A model generated the notes under the pieces. That model was not told the origin of the DNA. It saw nothing but the letters and a program-made list of their open reading frames with translations, and ran no database searches. The position numbers were made by a program, and so were the translations under genes. A DNA stretch of 46,498 nucleotides, taken from contig CANQTU010000002.1 of NCBI GenBank assembly GCA_947626925.1, positions 1-46,498 of the forward strand, written 5' to 3'. The stretch is from an uncultured Clostridia bacterium. GTDB taxonomy: Bacteria > Bacillota > Clostridia > TANB77 > CAG-508. Positions 1 to 9,310 of the stretch are shown here, piece by piece; positions within the stretch are counted from its first letter, which is position 1, and every line of letters begins with the position of its first letter.

Positions 1-141
1 CATGCAAATTTTTATCTAAAAAATTTTTTTAAAATTTTTTTGGAAAAACTATTGACAATTAATAGTTAGTCTTTTTATAATATGTCTTAATATATTTTAT
101 GTAAAATAATAAAATGAAGGTTACTATTTAAATGTATATTA

Positions 142-804
142 TTAATTTGTTTTTAATTCTTTTTCATCTCTTGATTTTTCTAATAACATCAGATGACTAA
201 AAATAGTATTGTTTTCTAACAATTTTTGTTTTGAGATTTTATTGATGTCTATTAGATTATAGTCAAAATTTATTTTGTATGATTCAAATACATAATCACT
301 AATTTGCTTTTGTTTGTAATTATTTTTTTCTTTAGAAATTTTATTTCCTGCATATATAATAATTGGTACTACAATTGGATAACTAGATTTCTTTTCGTTT
401 TTTTGATTATGGCACCATTGTTGCATAATGTCTAAACAATAGTTAAAAATTTTGTAAATTTTAGAATTATCCATATTAGTTTCATATTCAATTAAGAAAA
501 ATGTTTCTTGTTTTTTTAGTTTGTATAATAAGTCTGGCTTTTTTGTTTTGAATTTTTTTGCTACATAATTGCATAATATTATTTCATTTTCTTTTACTGG
601 TTCTTTTGGCTGTAAAAATTGATTAATTAAATTAACTACTTCTTTTTTGTCTTTTAATATATTTTTTATTAACTGTTTATTTAAATATTTGGGCTCTGTA
701 CCATTTAGTTGATATTGTGTGCTTTCTTCTGCTAGTTGAAATACAGCATTTAATCTTAGTGTATGGATGCATTTTATATATTGTCCATAATTAAAAACTT
801 TCAA
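142..804 (-). CDS. Rpn/YhgA-like PD-(D/E)XK recombination-promoting nuclease (putative transposase family), short form
   Basis: 220-aa ORF. The blocks 'DLLYKLKKQETFFLIEYETN' and 'YPIVVPIIIYAG' resemble the D...(I/L)E(H/Y)Q(S/T) and LP.V.P...Y.G core blocks recalled for Rpn/YhgA nucleases. Confidence 0.5.
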   Translation of the reverse strand: MKVFNYGQYIKCIHTLRLNAVFQLAEESTQYQLNGTEPKYLNKQLIKNILKDKKEVVNLINQFLQPKEPVKENEIILCNYVAKKFKTKKPDLLYKLKKQETFFLIEYETNMDNSKIYKIFNYCLDIMQQWCHNQKNEKKSSYPIVVPIIIYAGNKISKEKNNYKQKQISDYVFESYKINFDYNLIDINKISKQKLLENNTIFSHLMLLEKSRDEKELKTN

Positions 805-913
805 TATGCTACCTCCTGCTTTGTTTTTTATAATAATATTGGGATTTTACGAATGAATTTTTGAAATAAATTTATAGATATTAAACTTTACAAAATTATT
901 ATAAACATCAAAT

Positions 914-947
914 GGGAAGTATTGCAAGCATTTCTGCAAAACTTCCC
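914..947 (-). terminator. Hairpin downstream of trmL (gggaagt ... acttccc)
   Basis: 7-bp GC-containing arms at 914-920 and 941-947, with an inner ttgca/tgcaa pairing. Lies about 65 nt after the trmL stop and is followed by a U-containing tract on the minus strand. Confidence 0.35.
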
Positions 948-1011
948 ACATTTAGACAAAATTTCTATATTTTCAACATTTTTCATTTATTATATTTAAC
1001 AAATAATAATT

Positions 1012-1530
1012 TTAATCTTCAAAATAGCTACTAATTTCTTCTAATCCTTCAAAATTTTTTTGCCTGTATACATCATATAAAACTATATTAACAGCATTAG
1101 AAAGATTTAAAGAACGTAGTGTAGGTCTCATTGGAATTCTAATGGTTTTATCTATATATTTTTTTAGTAATTCTTCTGGCAAACCTTTTGTTTCTTTTCC
1201 AAACAATAAAAAGATTTCTTCTTTTGATGCATAATCTGGTTCTGAATATACATGTTTTCCTTTTGTTGTAACAAAAAACATATTATTTTCTTCTGGTTTA
1301 TATTTTTCTAAAAATGAATTAATATTTGTATGTTCTTCTATTTCTACTTTATCCCAATAGTCTAATCCTGCCCTTTTAACTGCTTTTTCTGATATGTCAA
1401 ATCCTAATGGATGTACTAAATGTAATTTTGCTCCAGTTGCAGCACATGTTCTTGCTATATTACCTGTGTTTTGAGGGATTTCTGGTTCTACCATTACTAC
1501 GTGTATTTTCAATTTTATTCCTTCTTTCAT
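1012..1530 (-). CDS. trmL: tRNA (cytidine/uridine-2'-O)-methyltransferase TrmL (SpoU/TrmH superfamily)
   Basis: 172 aa. 'HVVMVEPEIPQNTGNIARTCAATGAKLHLVHPLGF' and 'LNLSNAVNIVLYD' are typical TrmL/YibK motifs. Confidence 0.85.
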   Translation of the reverse strand: MKEGIKLKIHVVMVEPEIPQNTGNIARTCAATGAKLHLVHPLGFDISEKAVKRAGLDYWDKVEIEEHTNINSFLEKYKPEENNMFFVTTKGKHVYSEPDYASKEEIFLLFGKETKGLPEELLKKYIDKTIRIPMRPTLRSLNLSNAVNIVLYDVYRQKNFEGLEEISSYFED

Positions 1531-2319
1531 TTACAATAATTTTTGTCTTACATACTCATATAAAATTATTCCAGTAGCAACAGATGCATTTAAACTTTCT
1601 GTTTTTCCTAACATAGGAATTTTTACCTTTTCATCTGCCATTTCTTGAATTTTTGCTTCTACACCATTTGCTTCATTGCCAATTATTATTACTTTTTTAT
1701 GATAATCAATGTCATAAATTGAATTTTCGGTTTGCAATGATGATACTACTATTTTGAATTTATGTTTTTTAATTTCTCTTAGAGTTTTTTGTAAATCTTC
1801 ACATTCTATAATTTTTACTCTAAATATTGCTCCCATTGTAGCACGAACTACTTTGGGATTATAACTGTCTGCCGTTCCTTTAGATACAAGTATTTGTTTT
1901 AAACCAATACTATCTACAGTTCTTAAAATAGTACCTAAATTTCCTGGGTCCTGCACTTCATCTAAAGCAACTATAATGTCTTGCGAATAGTCTATATCTT
2001 CAGTTTTTGTGCTTTTTTCTATAACTGCTAAAATTCCTTGAGGTGTTTGTACTTCTGTTAAATATTTAAAAATATTTTCTGTAACATATATACATTCATT
2101 TTTTGCAAGTTCATACATTAATTCTTTTGGAATTCCTTCATTTTTCTCGCAATCATCACATACAATAATGTATTTTATAGGTGCTTGTTCTTCAATTGCT
2201 TCTGCTACTAGTTTAATTCCTTCAATTACATATTCATTGCTTAAGTCCCTGTATTTTTTGTCTTTTAGCTTTTTTATATGTTTGATTAATTCATTTTCTT
2301 TACTTGTAATTTTTTGCAT
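1531..2319 (-). CDS. TrmH-family RNA 2'-O-methyltransferase (RlmB/YsgA-like)
   Basis: SpoU motifs 'DEVQDPGNLGTILRT', 'IIIGNEANGV' and 'ESLNASVATGIILYE'. Start moved to the ATG at 2319 (MQKITSK), which has an upstream AAGGAGTG SD. The longer ORF (to 2376) overlaps the mfd stop. Confidence 0.8.
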   Translation of the reverse strand: MQKITSKENELIKHIKKLKDKKYRDLSNEYVIEGIKLVAEAIEEQAPIKYIIVCDDCEKNEGIPKELMYELAKNECIYVTENIFKYLTEVQTPQGILAVIEKSTKTEDIDYSQDIIVALDEVQDPGNLGTILRTVDSIGLKQILVSKGTADSYNPKVVRATMGAIFRVKIIECEDLQKTLREIKKHKFKIVVSSLQTENSIYDIDYHKKVIIIGNEANGVEAKIQEMADEKVKIPMLGKTESLNASVATGIILYEYVRQKLL

Positions 2320-2341
2320 TTTACACTCCTTCAATTTATAA

Positions 2342-5300
2342 TTATTTAAAACTGCGTAAAAACTCTGTAACATCATTTAATATTTGGTCTTCATTTTTCG
2401 TTCCTATTTGTAATGTTATCATTGGTTTTATACCAGCTGAAAATTTTATTTTATTTCCATATTTTTTTACAATAGCAGGTATGTCTAATTCGAATTTATT
2501 TGGCTCAAAAGTAAATACAACAGATGTATTTTTACTTGCTATTTTACTAATTTGTAACTGCTTTGCTAAATATTTTATTCTTGCAATTCCTATCAAATTT
2601 TCTACTTCATGTGGCATATTACCAAATCTATCTATAATTTCATATATCACATTTTGAATATCTTTTTCATTTTGGCAAAGTGCAATATTTTGATATATTT
2701 CAATTTTTTGGTTTGCATCTGCTATATATGTTTCAGGTATGTAACTAGTTACATTTAAGTCTATTTGTAAATCAATTTCTGGTTTTATTTCAATTCCTTT
2801 CATTTCTTTAACAACTTCGTCTAATAAGTGACAATAAGTGTCATATCCAACTTGTTCAAGATGTCCTGATTGGATTTCTCCAAGTAGACTTCCAGCTCCT
2901 CTAATTTCCAAATCTCTCATTGCTATTTTGAATCCTGAACCAAATTCTGTAAATTCTTTTATAGCTTTTAACCTTTTGTCAGCTACTTCTGATAATAGCT
3001 TATCTTTTTTGTAAGTAATATAAGCATATGCCTGCCTTTCTGCTCTACCTACTCTACCTCTAATTTGATACAATTGTGCTAATCCCATTCTATCTGCATT
3101 TTCTACAATAATTGTATTAGCATTTGGAATATCAATTCCAGATTCTAGTATGGTGGTACATACTAATACATTGGTTTTTCCTTCTATAAATTCTTGCATA
3201 ATTTCTTCAATTTTGTTTCCAGTCATTTGTCCATGTGCATATGCAACTTTAGCTTCTGGTACTAATCTTGATATATCATCTGCTTTTTTCTGGATTCCTT
3301 CTACATTGTTAAATAGATAAAATACCTGACCATTTCTTTCTAATTCTTTTGTAATAGCTTCTTTTATTACTTCTGCATCATATTCTAATACATAAGTTTG
3401 AACTGGCTTTCTATTATGTGGTGGTTCATAAATAACTGACATATCACGTATTCCAACTATTGACATGTGCATTGTTCTTGGAATTGGAGTAGCTGTCATT
3501 GTTAAAACATCTACATTTGTTTTTATTTGTTTTATTTTTTCTTTAGCTTTTACTCCAAATCTGTGCTCTTCATCAATAATTAAGAGTCCTAAATTTTTAA
3601 ATTCCACATCATTACTTAATATTCTGTGTGTTCCAATAATAATATCGACTTCTCCTAATTTTATTTTTTTGACTACTTCTTCTTGATATTTTTTAGTTTT
3701 AAATCTATTTAATATTTCTACTTTTATTGGGAAGTCCTTCATTCTTTCCTTAAATTCTTGATACTGTTGTTCTGCCAATACTGTAGTTGGAGCAAGGTAG
3801 GCTACTTGTTTTTGATCCATAACGGCTTTAAAAGCTGCTCGTAAAGCTACTTCTGTTTTTCCATACCCTACATCACCACATAATAATCTATCCATTGGCT
3901 TAACCATTTCCATATCTTTTTTTACTTCTTCTATGCAACGTAATTGGTCATCTGTTTCTTGATAAGGAAATTTGGCCTCAAATTCGTTTTGCCAAGGTGT
4001 GTCTTTACTAAAGGCAAATCCTTGTATTTTTTCCCTTTTTGCATATAATTCGATTAATTCTTTTGCAACTTCTCTTAAATTATTTTTTACCCTTGTTTTA
4101 GTATTTTCCCATTCTTTACTTCCTAATCGATTTATTTTAGGCTGTATTTTATCGCCACCAATGTATTTTCTTATTGAATCTAGGTCATTTGTTGGAATAT
4201 ATAAAATATCGTCATTTTTGTATTTTATTTTTATATAATCTTTAATTGTTCCATCAGCTTTTATTGTGTTAACACCAATGTAAATTCCAATTCCATATTT
4301 TTTGTGAACAACATAATCGCCTATTTTTAAATCTGCAAATACTACTTTTTCTCCCTCTTTGAAGTCACTATTTATTATTGTCTTTTTTCTTTTATCTCCA
4401 TCTATTAAATCATCTGCAACAATAACTATTTCGTCCAAATCGTAGGCTTCGAATCCAGCTGATAATTTCCCAACAGTAATTGTTACAATACTTTCATTTG
4501 CTTTTACTATAATTGTTTGGTTTAATTTTTCTTCAATTTTATTTACTATTTCTTTTTCATTTAATAGAGTTTGCAATTTTTTGGCTTTTTCTTTGCTTGA
4601 AACTAGAATATATATTTTCTTTTTTTGTTTAACAGCTTTTTTTAAATCGTCCCAAAGGCTTTCTATTTCACCTTTGTAGTAATTTACTTCTCTATAAGAA
4701 AATTTAAATTTTTCTGTTGCTAAGTTATTTTGTGAGTCTTGCTTTTCTATATATACTATCGGCTTTTTTTCTAGATTTTCATTTATATTTTCGTATTTTA
4801 ATAAATCATTAATTGCATCTGGCACTATTTTTTCTTTTTCAATTAATGCTGTTATTAAATTTCTATTGTCAATTCCAATATTTGTGGCTCTTTGTTTTAT
4901 TTTTCCAATTTCGTCTAAAAATATACTATAACTGTCTGACAAATATTCTAAAATTGTCTCTTGTTGTTCATAAAAACTATTAAAATATTTATCGATTTTG
5001 CTTATATAATTTCCTGCTCTTATTTGCTCAATGTCTTCTTCTATTATTTCTTCTTGTTTTTTATTTTGAACTGTTTTTTCTATTTTTTTGCAAATTGTTT
5101 CAATTGGTGCTTCTAATATATACTCATGCGCTGGGTATATAACTGCTTTTTCTAAAGTGTTAATTGACCTTTGGCTAGTTATGTTAAAATTTCTAATAGA
5201 GTCGACTTCATCTCCCCAGAATTCGATTCTAACTCCTATATTTTCGTTTGTTGCAATGTCAACAATTCCACCTCTTATGCTAAATTGACCTCTTCCTTCT

Positions 5301-5797
5301 ATTAAGTCATATCTTGCATATCCTAATTTTACTAGCTTTTGTTTTACTTCTTCTAATGAATAACTTTCTCCAATTTTAAAGTTTAATGTATTTGCATATA
5401 ATGTTTTCTTTGCTGGTAATTTTTGCATTAATGCTTCTATTGTTGTTACTATAATTAGGTTTCTTTTGCTTTTTATTTCGTTTAATGCTTCAATTCTTTT
5501 ATATGGTAAATCTTTACTTTCTGCAATATAATCATAAGTTACTATTTCTTTTTTGGGAAATAGTACAACATTGTTGGTAAAGTAATGTATGTCATTGTAT
5601 AGTTTTTGTGCTTGTATTTCGTTATATGTTACTATGCAGATTGGCTTTTTGCCAAATTCATTTATGGCTATACTTATTTGTGTCATTCCCACGTCAGTTA
5701 AGCCCAATATTGCTATTGGGCTTGTTTTATTTTCAATACGTTTTAGTAAATCAATGAATTTTGCTGATTTACCTAGTTCACCTAAAATGGTATTCAT
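2342..5797 (-). CDS. mfd: Transcription-repair coupling factor Mfd
   Basis: 1151 aa. Contains a UvrB-homology N-terminus, a CarD-like 'DYVVHKKYGIGIY' block, the superfamily-2 helicase motifs 'GDVGYGKTEVA' and 'DEEHRFGV', and a TRCF C-terminal domain. Confidence 0.95.
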   Translation of the reverse strand: MNTILGELGKSAKFIDLLKRIENKTSPIAILGLTDVGMTQISIAINEFGKKPICIVTYNEIQAQKLYNDIHYFTNNVVLFPKKEIVTYDYIAESKDLPYKRIEALNEIKSKRNLIIVTTIEALMQKLPAKKTLYANTLNFKIGESYSLEEVKQKLVKLGYARYDLIEGRGQFSIRGGIVDIATNENIGVRIEFWGDEVDSIRNFNITSQRSINTLEKAVIYPAHEYILEAPIETICKKIEKTVQNKKQEEIIEEDIEQIRAGNYISKIDKYFNSFYEQQETILEYLSDSYSIFLDEIGKIKQRATNIGIDNRNLITALIEKEKIVPDAINDLLKYENINENLEKKPIVYIEKQDSQNNLATEKFKFSYREVNYYKGEIESLWDDLKKAVKQKKKIYILVSSKEKAKKLQTLLNEKEIVNKIEEKLNQTIIVKANESIVTITVGKLSAGFEAYDLDEIVIVADDLIDGDKRKKTIINSDFKEGEKVVFADLKIGDYVVHKKYGIGIYIGVNTIKADGTIKDYIKIKYKNDDILYIPTNDLDSIRKYIGGDKIQPKINRLGSKEWENTKTRVKNNLREVAKELIELYAKREKIQGFAFSKDTPWQNEFEAKFPYQETDDQLRCIEEVKKDMEMVKPMDRLLCGDVGYGKTEVALRAAFKAVMDQKQVAYLAPTTVLAEQQYQEFKERMKDFPIKVEILNRFKTKKYQEEVVKKIKLGEVDIIIGTHRILSNDVEFKNLGLLIIDEEHRFGVKAKEKIKQIKTNVDVLTMTATPIPRTMHMSIVGIRDMSVIYEPPHNRKPVQTYVLEYDAEVIKEAITKELERNGQVFYLFNNVEGIQKKADDISRLVPEAKVAYAHGQMTGNKIEEIMQEFIEGKTNVLVCTTILESGIDIPNANTIIVENADRMGLAQLYQIRGRVGRAERQAYAYITYKKDKLLSEVADKRLKAIKEFTEFGSGFKIAMRDLEIRGAGSLLGEIQSGHLEQVGYDTYCHLLDEVVKEMKGIEIKPEIDLQIDLNVTSYIPETYIADANQKIEIYQNIALCQNEKDIQNVIYEIIDRFGNMPHEVENLIGIARIKYLAKQLQISKIASKNTSVVFTFEPNKFELDIPAIVKKYGNKIKFSAGIKPMITLQIGTKNEDQILNDVTEFLRSFK

Positions 5798-5881
5798 TTG
5801 CTTCTCCTTGTTGCTATTTTATTTTGTTTGGTAACTCTGCGTATTATTATATCATATTTTTGGGTAGAAAGGAAGGGAAAA

Positions 5882-5910
5882 TTGATTTTTACGTCAATTT
5901 GTGGTATAAT
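5882..5910 (+). promoter_or_regulatory. Near-consensus sigma-A promoter (TTGATT-17 nt-TGgTATAAT)
   Basis: -35 TTGATT at 5882-5887, a 17-nt spacer ending in an extended -10 TG, and -10 TATAAT at 5905-5910. It precedes ORF 5957-6247. Confidence 0.6.
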
Positions 5911-5956
5911 TAAGGTGTAGCCGAAATGGCAAATATATTACATAGGAGGACGTTTA

Positions 5957-6247
5957 ATGGACATTATTCTTGAACAACAGGAAGAGAAAAAACATGGAAA
6001 GCCATGTAGCAACTTTGTAAACACTGCTTATAACTTTTTGTTCCCTGACGAATGGGGTAACATTAAGTTGCGGTCTGAATTCACAGACTATGTGAATTCA
6101 AGATTTGACAATTTGGGATGTGTTGTCCTTTGGGAAAGAGGTAAAAATCCTTTTAGCTCAATGATAGGCAAGAAAGAAGTAATTATTACTTCTAAGTCTA
6201 TACGAGCTACAGATGACTACTTACTGAAAACTCCAATGGTAATCTAA
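5957..6247 (+). CDS. Hypothetical small protein (96 aa) in a stand-alone transcription unit with higher GC than its surroundings
   Basis: AGGAGG SD about 7 nt before the ATG, a strong promoter upstream and a strong terminator downstream. I recognise no family. It contains the only other in-frame CGG of the window, at codon 39 (6071-6073). Confidence 0.45.
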   Translation: MDIILEQQEEKKHGKPCSNFVNTAYNFLFPDEWGNIKLRSEFTDYVNSRFDNLGCVVLWERGKNPFSSMIGKKEVIITSKSIRATDDYLLKTPMVI

Positions 6248-6254
6248 CTCCTAA

Positions 6255-6289
6255 CCCCCTCTGTCAGACTTGACAGAGGGGGTTCTTTT
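6255..6289. terminator. GC-rich intrinsic terminator between convergent ORF 5957-6247 and topB
   Basis: Perfect 12-bp stem ccccctctgtca / tgacagaggggg (6255-6266 and 6271-6282) with loop gact, followed by ttctttt. Confidence 0.8.
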
Positions 6290-8231
6290 ACATTTTAACT
6301 ACTAGTTTATTAAATTTAGAATTAATATAATTTTTTAATTTTCCCATAAATTCTTGTGGTTCAATTTCCTTTTTAGCTACCATATCTAATCCCTTTTCCC
6401 AACTTGCTGTAAGTTTTGGGTTTAACATATCTGGCATAGACTGGTAAACTATATCATAAATATTTTCACCTTTTTTAGTTGGTGTAATTATCTGTGTTTT
6501 AGAATTAATTTCTATATACTTTATTTTTTCTAACTTTTTCATAATTTCTGCTCTTGTTGCACTAGTACCAATTCCTGCACCTTTTATTTGCTCTCTTAAT
6601 TCTTCTTCTTCGATTAGTTTTCCTGCATTTTCCATTGCTAAAATAATAGAACCTGAATTATATCTTGTAGGTGGCGAGGTTTCAGCATCTTTAATTTCAA
6701 AGTTTTTAACTTCTACATTTTGTCCTTTTTTTAGTGTCTTTAAAATTTCTAAATTGTTATCTTCTTGCTTAGTGTTTTCCACATTTTTTTCGTTTGTTGT
6801 GGATTTAGGTTTTAAGATTTCTAAAAATCCTTCTTTTACGCAAACTTTTCCATTACAATAAAATGTTTCATTTTCAATATTTACTGTAACTTGTATTTTA
6901 CTATACTCTGCTGGTGGATAGAAAATTGCTAAAAATCTTTTTACAATAACTTTGTAAATTTGCTTTTGCAAATCTGGTAAATGTTCATAGTTTTCGTACC
7001 CTTGTCCTGTTGGAATAATAGCATAATGGTCTGTTATTTTACTATCATTTACATATTTTGTTTTTACTAAATTGGTACTATATTTTTCTTCTACCATTTT
7101 TTTAATATAACCTTGTATTTCTTCGTCTTTGAAGTTTCTTGCAATTCCATTTAAGTTTTTACTAATTTCTTTAGCTACAGCTGTTGAAAGTACTCTTGCA
7201 TCTGTTCTTGGATAAGTTACTAATTTTTTTTCATATAAGTTTTGTATAATTTCTAATGTTTCATCTGGTTTAATTTTAAATCTTTTTGTACATTCATTTT
7301 GAATTTCTGCTAGGTTAAATAATAATGGTGCATTTTCTTTTTGTTTTGATTTTTTTAATTCTGTTATAGTTGCTACTTTGCCTGATAAACTTAAGACAAA
7401 ATCTTTTGCATCTTGTTCTTTTTTGAAACCTGTTTCATTATACAGTTGGTTTGATTCATACATCTTGGATTTTTCGTTTACTTTCCATTCTGCTTTAAAT
7501 GATGCGGTTTCTTTTTCAAACTCGCCTACAATTTTATAATATTTTGTTTTAACAAAATTTCTAATCTCTCTTTCTCTTTGCACAATCATACCTAATACAC
7601 AAGTCATAACTCTACCAACAGATATAGATGCTCTTTCTTCTTGCAAACTTTGTGCTAATTTTCTACCATAAATAATAGATAATAATCTTGAAAAATTAAT
7701 ACCTATTAAATAATCTTCTTTTGCTCTTAAATAAGCACTATCTGATAAACTATCATATTCAGATAAGTCTTTTGCCTCTTTTATTCCTCTTACTATTTCT
7801 TCTTCTGTTTGTGAGTCAATCCAAACTCTTTTCATTTTTGCATTTGGATTTGGTTTTGCCATCATAAAAACTAATCTTTGTATGTATTCCCCTTCACGCC
7901 CTGAGTCACCAGCATTATAAATTTCTTCTATATCTTCTCTTTGCATTAATTCTTTTACAATTTGAAATTGATTTTGTACTGCTGGAATTATTTCATATTT
8001 CCATTCTTCTGGAATAAATGGTAATGTGTCTAAACGCCATATTTTCAGTTTTTCATCATATTTTTCTGGATAGCTCATTGTTACTAAATGACCCACACAC
8101 CAAGTAATAATCCAGTCTTGTGATTCTAGATAACCATTTTTTCGATTTGTTGCAATTTTAAGTGCTTTTGCAAATTCCATTGCAACAGATGGCTTTTCCG
8201 TTATTATTAATTTTTTGCCCAATTTTATCAT
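6288..8231 (-). CDS. topB: Type IA DNA topoisomerase (topoisomerase III-like)
   Basis: 647 aa. TOPRIM N-terminus 'LIITEKPSVA' and 'AGDSGREGE', plus the active-site tyrosine block 'LVTYPRTDARVL'. Confidence 0.85.
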   Translation of the reverse strand: MIKLGKKLIITEKPSVAMEFAKALKIATNRKNGYLESQDWIITWCVGHLVTMSYPEKYDEKLKIWRLDTLPFIPEEWKYEIIPAVQNQFQIVKELMQREDIEEIYNAGDSGREGEYIQRLVFMMAKPNPNAKMKRVWIDSQTEEEIVRGIKEAKDLSEYDSLSDSAYLRAKEDYLIGINFSRLLSIIYGRKLAQSLQEERASISVGRVMTCVLGMIVQREREIRNFVKTKYYKIVGEFEKETASFKAEWKVNEKSKMYESNQLYNETGFKKEQDAKDFVLSLSGKVATITELKKSKQKENAPLLFNLAEIQNECTKRFKIKPDETLEIIQNLYEKKLVTYPRTDARVLSTAVAKEISKNLNGIARNFKDEEIQGYIKKMVEEKYSTNLVKTKYVNDSKITDHYAIIPTGQGYENYEHLPDLQKQIYKVIVKRFLAIFYPPAEYSKIQVTVNIENETFYCNGKVCVKEGFLEILKPKSTTNEKNVENTKQEDNNLEILKTLKKGQNVEVKNFEIKDAETSPPTRYNSGSIILAMENAGKLIEEEELREQIKGAGIGTSATRAEIMKKLEKIKYIEINSKTQIITPTKKGENIYDIVYQSMPDMLNPKLTASWEKGLDMVAKKEIEPQEFMGKLKNYINSKFNKLVVKM

Positions 8232-8986
8232 CCTTCATTTATTTTTTCATTAATGTATTTATCTGCTTGTTCTTTTATTTTGTTTATTTGTTGTCGCACA
8301 CTTTCTTTGTATTCAAATCTATCTAATATATCATTAATATAATTTTCTTTTTTAATTTCTTCCAAAGTTGCTTTAAAATGAATATCATATAAAAATGAGA
8401 TAACGCCAATTATATGGTCAACATTTGATGTTTTTACTTCATTTTTTATTAACTCTTTATTCTCGATTTGATTTACCACTTCCTGTGATATATCTTCTCT
8501 TTTAATAATTTCATGTTTTTGTTTCCAAAACATTTCTTTTGCTTCATAAAATATATCTAATTTATCAGCGTCTTTTATTAACTTGCAAAAAACTGCATCT
8601 TCTTCATTTACTTCAAGCTGATATTTATTATGGTTTTTTATTGCTTTTTTTATGGTTTCATCATAATTATCATTTTCTATATATTTCCTAATGTAATTAT
8701 TTTTTTCTAATACTTTTACTCCTTCATCACCATGGTCAAAACTTTGATGGTCTTTAAAAGTACTGCATTTTGTATATTGAGTAAATCTTCCAATATCGTG
8801 TAATAAACCAATTATAGTAGCAACATCAATTTGTTCATCCGTAAAATTTAGTTTTTGTGCTAAATTTTTACTAATTTGCATTACTCTAAAGCTATGACAT
8901 ATTTTCATTCTAATTTTTGGATCGCTTGTATCGTATTGGCTTGTATAATTTATAAATTCTTTTTTAGCTTGTTCCAAATCTATCAT
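8228..8986 (-). CDS. HD-domain phosphohydrolase
   Basis: 252 aa with 'HSFRV...LLHDIGRF' (H...HD motif). Its stop overlaps the topB start (ATGA), so the two are probably co-transcribed. Confidence 0.7.
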   Translation of the reverse strand: MIDLEQAKKEFINYTSQYDTSDPKIRMKICHSFRVMQISKNLAQKLNFTDEQIDVATIIGLLHDIGRFTQYTKCSTFKDHQSFDHGDEGVKVLEKNNYIRKYIENDNYDETIKKAIKNHNKYQLEVNEEDAVFCKLIKDADKLDIFYEAKEMFWKQKHEIIKREDISQEVVNQIENKELIKNEVKTSNVDHIIGVISFLYDIHFKATLEEIKKENYINDILDRFEYKESVRQQINKIKEQADKYINEKINEG

Positions 8987-9038
8987 TTTTCCACCTCTGC
9001 TTCATTGTATCATTATTAATTTTTAAATTCAATACCAA

Positions 9039-9200
9039 GTGCCCATTCTGGGATGCCCATTCTGGGACAGGCACGAGTGTACCCATTTTGTCCCTTTTTG
9101 GGACAGGTGCCCATTCTGGGACAGGCACAAGTTTACACTTTTCGCCTGTTTTGGGACAGGTCTATGATTGGGTGTATTCTGGGGTAAGCACTAATTACAC
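9039..9200. repeat. GC-rich degenerate tandem repeat (about 54-bp unit, 2 full copies plus partial copies) with four GGGACAGG cores
   Basis: gcccattctggga occurs at 9041, 9055 and 9109. GGGACAGG occurs at 9064, 9100, 9118 and 9153. Units 9055-9108 and 9109-9161 align with scattered substitutions. The region is markedly more GC-rich than the flanks. Confidence 0.7.
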
Positions 9201-9310
9201 CTAAGTATAAAAAATAGCACCGTTGTGGTGCCATGTAAGTATAATTTGATTTTGTACTTTTAAAAGTACTTTTTAGGTATCTTATAATATCGTTTTCGTA
9301 TCGTTCATTC

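Noticed and set aside
52-81. Plus-strand TTGACA-17/18-TATAAT promoter-like sequence at the left edge, pointing into the antisense of the Rpn-like gene
   Set aside because: No plus-strand ORF or recognisable RNA lies downstream. Such matches arise by chance in DNA this AT-rich. A genuine antisense promoter cannot be excluded.
5917-6290. Roughly 370-nt GC-elevated transcript considered as RNase P RNA, tmRNA or another structured RNA
   Set aside because: I could not find the GAGGAAAGUCC / ACAGAA..GGCUUA type RNase P blocks, nor a tmRNA GGGG...CCACCA acceptor. 'GGAAAGCCAUG' is only a partial resemblance. The ORF has a textbook SD and spacing, so it is kept as a hypothetical CDS with the ncRNA option left open.
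9053-9187. 44-codon ORF (MPILGQARVYPFCPFLGQVPILGQ...) running through the GC-rich repeat, and a second Cys/Trp-rich frame (PFWDR repeats), considered as a possible small peptide or RiPP precursor
   Set aside because: There is no Shine-Dalgarno sequence or promoter in front. The open frame is a by-product of the stop-poor GC-rich repeat, and there are no modification enzymes nearby.
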